Assembly (NCBI GenBank): GCA_046597065.1
Contig: JBKJLI010000002.1
Location: forward strand, 52,071 to 116,070
Direction: 5' to 3'
DNA length: 64,000 nucleotides
Source: Candidatus Saccharimonadia bacterium
GTDB lineage: Bacteria > Patescibacteriota > Saccharimonadia > UBA4664 > SCTI01
Below the pieces are notes generated by a model that saw nothing but the letters and a program-made list of their open reading frames with translations, did no database searches and was not told where the DNA came from. Shown in pieces: positions 57,009-64,000 of this stretch (positions are counted from its first letter, which is position 1; every line of letters begins with the position of its first letter). Both the position numbers and the translations under genes were made by a program.

Positions 57009-58000
57009 CTGCGACTTTTTGGCAGCTGAATCGGTTTTATATTTGCGGTTACCCCCGGCTGGGGGTCGATGCAGTCACTTAGCGCTTTTTTAAGCATAAA
57101 TTCATTTAAATCACGACCGATCATAACAAGCTCGGTTTTTGGCTCCTTATCTATCCACTCCGACCAACTGAGTTCGGTGCGATTACCAACAATTTGGAGT
57201 CGGTAGCAGCGATCCTGGCCTTTGGCGCCAAAACTTATCTGTCCTTTGGCGCGGTAGACTGCGGTTGGTAGCTGGTTATTGATGAAGTTTTGGAATGCAA
57301 TCGGATCAAATGCCTTTAGGCTGCTAAAGCTAACTGCGGTGTACTGCTCGTGAAGATGTCGGTGTTGATCGTGCATGAGGTTTTGGTTTGAATCATCAAT
57401 TGTGGTATCAGTATCCAAAACCATACGAAGATCTACCGCACCATTTTTGGTTGTTATGATTCGTGCTCTGGGGCTATGCTTTGAGATTAAAGAATCGAGC
57501 TGCTTTAACTGCTCGGGCGTGGAAATGTCGGCCTTATTAATCACCAAGTATTGACTGTTTTCAATCTGCTGGATGGTAATGGCCTGGCTATCTTCACTTA
57601 AAAAAGCGTTGATGGGGTCAAGTACGGCCACGATAGCGTCGAGCTGGGTTTTAGCTCCACCGCTAGTTTTAAGTGTGCTTGCCAAATCGACGGGTTCGGC
57701 TAGCCCACTGGCTTCAATAATAATGTGATCAATATCACTGCCAGGGTGCGTAAACTGGTCAAGCGCTTCGTTTAGCTCTAAAGTGTCTAAATTGCAGCAA
57801 ATGCAGCCATTAGTTAGCTCCATGGTGTCATCGGTTTGATCGGCTACAAACTGCGCATCCAAATTGATATCACCAAAATCATTTACCACTACACCCAACT
57901 TAAGGCCGTGGTTATGGCTTAGCCAGTAATCTAAAAGTGTGGTTTTGCCGGCACCAAGAAAGCCAGTGATCGCGGTGATGGGTATTGGCCGTTGTCTCAT
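57005..58000 (-). CDS. CobW/COG0523 metallochaperone GTPase
   Basis: GFLGAGKTT, GCICC, EASG, NKAD, His-rich linker, YRAKG. Confidence 0.93.
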   Translation of the reverse strand: MRQRPIPITAITGFLGAGKTTLLDYWLSHNHGLKLGVVVNDFGDINLDAQFVADQTDDTMELTNGCICCNLDTLELNEALDQFTHPGSDIDHIIIEASGLAEPVDLASTLKTSGGAKTQLDAIVAVLDPINAFLSEDSQAITIQQIENSQYLVINKADISTPEQLKQLDSLISKHSPRARIITTKNGAVDLRMVLDTDTTIDDSNQNLMHDQHRHLHEQYTAVSFSSLKAFDPIAFQNFINNQLPTAVYRAKGQISFGAKGQDRCYRLQIVGNRTELSWSEWIDKEPKTELVMIGRDLNEFMLKKALSDCIDPQPGVTANIKPIQLPKSRS

Positions 58001-58080
58001 AGATTAATTATAGCTGAGCTAACTACAACAGTTGGCATCGACGCCGGATGGTTTATACTAAAAACCGTAAGAAAGCGCTT

Positions 58081-58467
58081 ATGATAAAAGTAATGATAGT
58101 CGAAGACGACAGCGAGATTAGAAATCTGTATGGTTTCTCATTGAAGCAAAATGGCTTCGATGTAATTGAAGCCGCCGATGGAGCGATTGCTGCCAAGCAA
58201 CTTGATGCTAATAAACCGGACGTGATTTTGCTAGATATGCTCATGCCCGGCATATCCGGGTTAGATTTTTTGCGTAACAACAATGTTCATCATCGTTATC
58301 CCGCTACCAAAATCATCGCCTTTAGCAATATTGAGACCCCAAGGGTGGTCGAAGAGGCTAAGAGTTTGGGTATCACCAGCTACTTTTTAAAAGTTAATGT
58401 AACCCCACATCAAATGGTTGATATCATCAAGGGTATGATGGGCGGAAAGCCAGCGGCTAAAGTCTAA
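58081..58467 (+). CDS. Single-domain response regulator
   Basis: IVEDD, LLDMLMP, conserved Lys. Confidence 0.9.
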   Translation: MIKVMIVEDDSEIRNLYGFSLKQNGFDVIEAADGAIAAKQLDANKPDVILLDMLMPGISGLDFLRNNNVHHRYPATKIIAFSNIETPRVVEEAKSLGITSYFLKVNVTPHQMVDIIKGMMGGKPAAKV

Positions 58468-58468
58468 A

Positions 58469-59536
58469 TTGAAAACCCAGCTTGAGCTTAAGGCGGCAAT
58501 AGATGAGCGCTTAGAAAAGTTGTTTACCGATCGAGTAGTTGCCGCCAAACTGATTGATCCGGTTTATTCCGAGCTGATTACTGAAATGGGACGATTTATT
58601 GCCCGCGGCGGTAAGCGCCTGCGACCATATTTGACATACTTGGCATACTTTGGCTACGGTGGCAAAAACGAAGATGCGATTTTAGAGCTTGCGGCGAGCC
58701 AAGAGTTGTTCCATAACTTTCTACTGATTCATGACGACATTATAGATGGCGACAGTCGGCGCTATAGTGGCGACAACATTACCGGCCGCTATGTAAAGAT
58801 CCTGGGCAAGGGTGGTTTGTCGCAGGCTGATAGCCAGCATTATGCCGTGGCTGTGGCTTTACTGGCTGGTGACGTTAATGCTGCTTTGGCTTTTGAGGCT
58901 ATAGCCAACAGTAATTTTGATGATGGCCTAAAAGTGACTGCCACAGCTCGCATGGCCAGAATGATCTTCGAGATAGTAGGGGGTGAGCTGCTAGATGTTT
59001 TGTTGCCTATGGAACCATTTACTAAAATTACCGAGCCAAGGTTAAACCAAGTAATTAGTTACAAAACCACGTCATACAGCTTTGAAGCACCTTTGCAGCT
59101 AGGTGCATTGATGGCTAAAGCTGAAGACGCCGAACAAGACGCAATTAGCCAGTTTGCAATGCCCCTGGGAGCGGCCTTTCAGATCACCGATGACTTACTT
59201 GGCATGTTTGGTGAAGAGGCAATAACTGGCAAGTCGATCACAACCGACTTAAAAGAAGGTAAACGAACATTGCTAATCCACTTTGGGCTTGAATTGGCGA
59301 AAGGCATGGATTTAATTGTATTAAAGCAAAATTTGGGCAACAAAGCTTTGAGCGAATCCGATCACAACGCAGTTGTTGCAGTTCTTGAGCATTGTGGTGC
59401 ACGCGCTAAAACGGAGGCATTGGCCAACAACTATGCTCAAATTGCTAAAGATCGTTTGTCACTCCTAAGTGTTACTTCTGAAGTAAAAGCGAGTTTGGGT
59501 AAGCTGATTTTGGCCTGCGTTAATCGCCAAAAATAA
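58469..59536 (+). CDS. Polyprenyl synthetase (GGPP synthase-like)
   Basis: GGKRLRP, HDDIID, KT, FQITDD, EGK. Confidence 0.93.
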   Translation: MKTQLELKAAIDERLEKLFTDRVVAAKLIDPVYSELITEMGRFIARGGKRLRPYLTYLAYFGYGGKNEDAILELAASQELFHNFLLIHDDIIDGDSRRYSGDNITGRYVKILGKGGLSQADSQHYAVAVALLAGDVNAALAFEAIANSNFDDGLKVTATARMARMIFEIVGGELLDVLLPMEPFTKITEPRLNQVISYKTTSYSFEAPLQLGALMAKAEDAEQDAISQFAMPLGAAFQITDDLLGMFGEEAITGKSITTDLKEGKRTLLIHFGLELAKGMDLIVLKQNLGNKALSESDHNAVVAVLEHCGARAKTEALANNYAQIAKDRLSLLSVTSEVKASLGKLILACVNRQK

Positions 59537-59596
59537 AACAGGTGTAGTTGGGCTATTGCCAACTTCGCTATAATAGATATAGTAAGGAAAAATTCT

Positions 59597-59854
59597 ATGA
59601 GCAAAGTTAAAAACATCAAAATTTATAGCACCCGTACTTGCGCTTACTGCCATGCTGAAAAGGAGTATTTAAAGCAACATAATGTCGCATTTGAAGACAT
59701 TCGGGTCGACGAAAACGAGCAGGCGGCCCAAGAAATGGTAGCTATGAGTGGGCAGATGGCCGTGCCATTTACGGTTATTACCAAAGAGGATGGCTCGGTT
59801 GAGAGGATTTTGGGCTTTGACCAGCCGCGGATTGCCGCAAGTTTAGGTCTGTAG
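59597..59854 (+). CDS. Glutaredoxin-like protein (NrdH/YruB type)
   Basis: CAYC, SGQMAVP, GFD. Confidence 0.9.
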   Translation: MSKVKNIKIYSTRTCAYCHAEKEYLKQHNVAFEDIRVDENEQAAQEMVAMSGQMAVPFTVITKEDGSVERILGFDQPRIAASLGL

Positions 59855-59855
59855 C

Positions 59856-60773
59856 TTGGCCGAGATCTACGACGTTGCGATTATTGGCGCCGGCCCAACC
59901 GGCTTGGCGGCGGCTGTCTATACCACCCGCGAGGACTTAAGGACCGTTGTTTTAGATAAGGGTATCGCTGGTGGTCTAATCGCAACTACAGAAATGGTTG
60001 ATAACTACCCTGGTTTTCCCGAAGGCATTGGCGGCTTAGAGTTAGCCGAGCGATTGGGTAAGCAGGCCGAGCGCTTCGGGGCCGAGGTAAAGACTTTTAT
60101 TGGCGTGAACGGGTTAAAGGCTGTTGGCGGATTAATCCAAGTGCAAACTGCCGGTGAGCCTATACAGGCACGTAGTGTATTAATTGCCACAGGATCAAGC
60201 TATAAACACTTAGAAATCCCAGGCGAAAAGGAGCTGGAGGGCCGTGGCGTGCACTTTTGCGCCACTTGTGATGGCCCGCTATATCGCGGCAAGCATTTAA
60301 TTGCAGTTGGTGGAGGCAACTCCGCCTTGCAAGAGAGTCTGTTTTTGGCCAAGTTTGCGAGCAAGCTTACGGTTTTGGTGCGTGGCCCCCAGTTTAAGGG
60401 TACCGAAGAGCTGGCTGAACGTTTACAGAAATTAGCCAATGTTGAGGTGCATTTTAACAGCGCCATAAAGGAGGTGGTTGCCCAAGATGGTAAGTTTGAC
60501 TCGGTCAAACTTAATAACGGTGGTAGCGTTAAGGCCGACGGTTTATTCGTATTCATTGGGTTGTTGCCAAATTCCGGTTGGCTACATGGCTCAACCACCC
60601 TCGATGACAGTGGGTTTGTTAAGGTAAATAATAAGTTCGAAACCAATCTAACGGGTGTGTTCGCGGCCGGTGATGTGGTTGAAGGTGCAGTTGGCCAGCT
60701 CGCTAGCGCGGTAGGCGAGGGCGTAGCGGCGGCATTATCAATTAGAGAGTATTTAAACAACCAAAGCAGTTAA
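59856..60773 (+). CDS. trxB: Thioredoxin reductase
   Basis: GAGPTG, NYPG, CATCD, GGGNSA, AAGD. Confidence 0.95.
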   Translation: MAEIYDVAIIGAGPTGLAAAVYTTREDLRTVVLDKGIAGGLIATTEMVDNYPGFPEGIGGLELAERLGKQAERFGAEVKTFIGVNGLKAVGGLIQVQTAGEPIQARSVLIATGSSYKHLEIPGEKELEGRGVHFCATCDGPLYRGKHLIAVGGGNSALQESLFLAKFASKLTVLVRGPQFKGTEELAERLQKLANVEVHFNSAIKEVVAQDGKFDSVKLNNGGSVKADGLFVFIGLLPNSGWLHGSTTLDDSGFVKVNNKFETNLTGVFAAGDVVEGAVGQLASAVGEGVAAALSIREYLNNQSS

Positions 60774-60779
60774 TCTTGG

Positions 60780-60808
60780 TTGACAGTCCAAACTGGCAGG
60801 CGTAATGT
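60780..60808 (+). promoter_or_regulatory. sigma70 promoter of the tRNA-like/orphan cassette
   Basis: TTGACA-17-TAATGT. Confidence 0.65.
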
Positions 60809-60942
60809 GGAGCTTGTGATTCATCTAAAAAACAATTTACCAATTAAGCGTCAATTGTTTGCGTTCGTCCTACCCCCTAGGAAACGCTGAGGTCTCACGT
60901 TCGTTTATTCGCCGGTGGCCTCACAAGAGGCCGTTTTTATTT

Positions 60943-61024
60943 CGGGGTGTGGCTCAGCCCGGTAGAGCACTTCTGTTAATTTTTTTGGCAGAGGCGGTCG
61001 CAGGTTCGAATCCTGCCACCCCGA
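60943..61024 (+). ncRNA. tRNA-Pro-like element with extended anticodon arm and no CCA
   Basis: CGGGGTG/CACCCCG-A acceptor, GCTC D-arm, GCAGG-TTCGAAT-CCTGC T-arm; 15 nt where a 7-nt anticodon loop should be. Confidence 0.8.
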
Positions 61025-61063
61025 TAAGTACATCGCAGCTACAACCGTGTCACGGAGGTGACC

Positions 61064-61456
61064 ATGCCAGAGGCAGTCGTTGCAGACTCACAGCACCCAT
61101 TCCGGTCAGATGGCTGGGACAGCTTGCCGCCCAGGATGGCCTGCAAGTTCAACCCAAGCAACGAGGCTGGCCCAGAGTCCATCAAGGCATTCTTGTGCCT
61201 GCCGGGCGTTACCGTTTCATCGTTGAGTATGAGGCGTGGGGTGGATTTCCGATGGACGATTAGCCTCGAAGTTGAGACCGGTTTGATCCGATCCTTGGCT
61301 GATCAAGCCATGATCGATGGCATCGGATTGCTCAAGCTTCGCGGCGCATCGTTCACAGATCCGTTTACGATCGTCGATCATCGCATTCTGCGCAGATGGG
61401 GACAGTTTCCTCTGGGTGGCTTGCCCATGCTTCCACCAATACCGTGGCAGCATTAG
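61064..61456 (+). CDS. Hypothetical protein
   Basis: GGAGGT SD (61054-61059); followed by a hairpin at 61465-61497. Confidence 0.6.
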   Translation: MPEAVVADSQHPFRSDGWDSLPPRMACKFNPSNEAGPESIKAFLCLPGVTVSSLSMRRGVDFRWTISLEVETGLIRSLADQAMIDGIGLLKLRGASFTDPFTIVDHRILRRWGQFPLGGLPMLPPIPWQH

Positions 61457-61464
61457 ACGTACTG

Positions 61465-61497
61465 GTACTCCTGCGGGCATTACGCTCGCAGGGGTAC
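61465..61497 (+). terminator. Hairpin closing the cassette
   Basis: GTACTCCTGCGGGC / GCTCGCAGGGGTAC. Confidence 0.65.
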
Positions 61498-61545
61498 AAC
61501 CCCTTTGTTATACTGACAATGATAAATACAGGAAATTATTAGAAT

Positions 61546-62067
61546 ATGCTTAGACTCTCCTACGGCAACAAAGCCCCCGAAATTGTGAATGTAGTGATAG
61601 AAATTCGTAAAGGCGAGCGCAACAAGTATGAGCTCGATAAAGAAACCGGCATGCTAACTTTAGATCGAGTTGGCGGTACCACCATGGGCTTTCCGACCGA
61701 TTACGGCTATGTTCCCAACACGATGTGTGAGGATGGTGATGCCATCGATGTGCTGGTAATAATTGATGAGTCCTTGCCCGATGGAGTTTTAGTTAAGGTG
61801 CGCCCTGTTGGCGTTTTGAGGATGGTTGATACAGGAGAGAAGGACGAAAAAATCATTGGCGTAGCGGCAAATGATGAAACTATGGGACATGTGAAATCGG
61901 TTGACGATCTCGACCCCAACTTTCGCCAACGGATTGAGCATTATTTTTCACATTACAAGGATTGGAAGAACGATTGGAAGGGAGTCGAAGTCCACTTTAA
62001 TGGTTGGGGCGATGCGGAGGATGCTAAAAAGGTGATTCAAGAATCGATCGACCGCGCTCAGGCCTAG
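61546..62067 (+). CDS. ppa: Inorganic pyrophosphatase (family I)
   Basis: NKYE, LDR, DYG, EDGDAID, DEKI, YK. Confidence 0.95.
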   Translation: MLRLSYGNKAPEIVNVVIEIRKGERNKYELDKETGMLTLDRVGGTTMGFPTDYGYVPNTMCEDGDAIDVLVIIDESLPDGVLVKVRPVGVLRMVDTGEKDEKIIGVAANDETMGHVKSVDDLDPNFRQRIEHYFSHYKDWKNDWKGVEVHFNGWGDAEDAKKVIQESIDRAQA

Positions 62068-62145
62068 TCTATTTCGGGTGGCGATTGCACTATAACGCTC
62101 ATGCTTATATGATATAGATAAGTAAAAATAGGCAAAACAAAAAAC

Positions 62146-63153
62146 ATGGCAATCAAACTGGCAATCAATGGTTTTGGCCGCATTGGCCGCAACGCTTTTA
62201 AGATCGCATGGGCTAACCCAAATATTGAGGTTGTTGCGGTAAATGATATTACCGACACCAAAACCTTGGCGCATCTACTTAAGCACGACTCCAACTACGG
62301 TCTTTATCACCAGGAAGTTGGCTTTGATGAGCATAATCTGATTGTTGATGGCAAAAAAGTACTAGTTTGTGCCGAAAAAGATCCATTAGCACTACCTTGG
62401 AAGGATCATGACATAGATGTAGTTATCGAGAGTACCGGTTTTTTCATTAAAAAAGAGGACGCCGGCAAACATTTAACCGCCGGTGCCAAGCGGGTGGTCA
62501 TATCGGCTCCAGCTAAAAGTGATGATGTACCTACTTATGTGATCGGCGCGAATGAAGATCAAATCACTGCCGCCGATACGGTGGTTTCCAATGCCTCCTG
62601 TACTACCAACTGCATTACACCGGTTATGGTTGTCTTAGAGGAGAACTTTGGCATCGAAAAGGCCTTGATGACTACAACTCACTCTTATACGGCTAGCCAA
62701 AGATTGCAGGATGCTCCAGCTAAAGATTTGCGTGAGGCTCGTAATGCGGCCGAAAATATTGTCCCGACAACAACCGGTGCATCAAAAGCCGCCGCTCTAG
62801 CCTTCCCTCCACTTAAAGGAATCTTCGATGGCTTGAGCGTAAGAGTTCCAACCCCGGTAGTCAGCCTAAGCGACATCACTTTTGTGAGCAAAAAAGATAC
62901 TACCGTTGATGAGGTAAACACCGCGTTAAATAAGGCTTCTGGAGAAGCGCGGTTTAAGGGAATTATTGCCTATACCGAGGACGAGCTGGTTTCAACCGAT
63001 TATCGCGGCGATAGTCACTCAGCCATTGTCGATTCCAAGCTAACCAACGTTATAGGGGGCAATTTGGTGAAGGTTGTAGCCTGGTACGACAACGAGTGGG
63101 GCTATTCTAACCGTCTGGTTGAGCAGTGCGTAAACGTTGGAAAGACCATCTAA
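62146..63153 (+). CDS. gap: Glyceraldehyde-3-phosphate dehydrogenase
   Basis: INGFGRIGR, SNASCTTNC, WYDNEWGYS. Confidence 0.98.
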   Translation: MAIKLAINGFGRIGRNAFKIAWANPNIEVVAVNDITDTKTLAHLLKHDSNYGLYHQEVGFDEHNLIVDGKKVLVCAEKDPLALPWKDHDIDVVIESTGFFIKKEDAGKHLTAGAKRVVISAPAKSDDVPTYVIGANEDQITAADTVVSNASCTTNCITPVMVVLEENFGIEKALMTTTHSYTASQRLQDAPAKDLREARNAAENIVPTTTGASKAAALAFPPLKGIFDGLSVRVPTPVVSLSDITFVSKKDTTVDEVNTALNKASGEARFKGIIAYTEDELVSTDYRGDSHSAIVDSKLTNVIGGNLVKVVAWYDNEWGYSNRLVEQCVNVGKTI

Positions 63154-63596
63154 TGAAAATCTTTATCGGCGCCGACCATGCCGGTTTTGAGGTTAAGAAT
63201 CAGATAAAAGAACATCTGGTTCACCGCGGCTTTGATGTTACAGATATTGGTGCGCATACTTTGGTTAACGATGACGACTATCCACCGATTGCCTTTGAGC
63301 TAACCACCAAAATATTGGGCGAAGATGATGCCCGGGGCATTCTAGTGTGCGGCAGTGGCGAGGGCGTCTGCATGGCCGCCAATCGAGTGCGGGGTATCAG
63401 AGCGGCCCTAGTTTGGGGGCAAGAGCAGGCTCGTGAAACTCGTCGAGATAATGAAAGTAATGTACTATGCTTAGCTTCGCGCTTAACTGACTTAGAAACG
63501 ATATTGTCGATCGTTGACAACTGGATTGATGAACCGTTTTCCAAAGAGGAGCGTCACAAACGTCGAATTCAACAAATTGAGGAAATTTATGGCTAA
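63153..63596 (+). CDS. rpiB: Ribose-5-phosphate isomerase B
   Basis: GADHAG, DDYP, CGSGEG, AANR, RHKRRI. Confidence 0.95.
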   Translation: MKIFIGADHAGFEVKNQIKEHLVHRGFDVTDIGAHTLVNDDDYPPIAFELTTKILGEDDARGILVCGSGEGVCMAANRVRGIRAALVWGQEQARETRRDNESNVLCLASRLTDLETILSIVDNWIDEPFSKEERHKRRIQQIEEIYG

Positions 63597-64000
63597 AGTA
63601 GTGCCAACCGTACTAGCTGAAACGCCGGAACAGTACGCTTCAATGTTTGAGCGCGCTAGTGGCTTAAGCAATCGAGTGCACGTCGATATTTGTGATGGTA
63701 TATTTGCCGACAACACCACTATTGGTTTGGCCCAAGTAAACGTTGAAGAGGGTGTTGAACTTGATTTACACTTGATGCTTAAGGAACCACAGGCTCAACT
63801 AGAAACGGCTCTAAGTTTAAAGCCCAATTTAATCATCCTTCACGCGGAATCAGAGGGCGATATCGCTGCAATGATTGAGCAAATTAGGAGTTTGGGGATC
63901 AAGGCGGGAGTGGCTTTGCTACCAGAAACCAAGGTAGAACAGGCTGCTGAGTTGATTCGAGCGGCCGACCACGCACTTATTTTTACCGGCACATTGGGCC
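63589..64000 (+). CDS. rpe: Ribulose-phosphate 3-epimerase (3'-truncated by window edge)
   Basis: Hand-translated VVPTVLA...HVDICDG...DLHLM...HAE...GVALLPET. Confidence 0.9.
   Translation, partial: MAKVVPTVLAETPEQYASMFERASGLSNRVHVDICDGIFADNTTIGLAQVNVEEGVELDLHLMLKEPQAQLETALSLKPNLIILHAESEGDIAAMIEQIRSLGIKAGVALLPETKVEQAAELIRAADHALIFTGTLG

Overview
Chromosomal segment of a small-genome bacterium, most likely Patescibacteria/CPR and probably Saccharimonadia (inferred from gene content such as short MetRS/AlaRS and an FtsA-like plus baseplate-J-like pair). It uses the standard code 11. The backbone is housekeeping: glycolysis/PPP (pyk, pgk, tpiA, gap, rpiB, rpe), translation and tRNA modification (metG, alaS, leuS, mnmA, tgt, trmD, rsmA, rpsP, rpmF, obgE, typA), cell envelope (murF, mltG, RpfB-like, LysM/CHAP), redox (sod, glutaredoxin, trxB) and a heliorhodopsin. 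There is a copper-resistance cluster at the 3' end of tRNA-Glu and four normal tRNAs. About 16 backbone genes appear leaderless (TANNNT 6-8 nt before ATG). About nine orphan cassettes with their own sigma70 promoter, SD site and hairpin are wedged between them. The top candidate for a new system is at 22076-22300: an intact tRNA with a serine body but a GCG (Arg) anticodon loop, transcribed convergently with a predicted ~64-nt sRNA whose 5' end is complementary to that anticodon arm. The two share a bidirectional terminator and sit between a degenerate alaS 5' copy and alaS. Also notable: a second tRNA-like element (Pro body, extended anticodon arm), a stand-alone RNAP alpha-CTD gene, probable ATT starts on two cell-wall hydrolase genes, and a recurring GCTTATGC promoter motif. 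All family calls come from motif recognition, not database searches.
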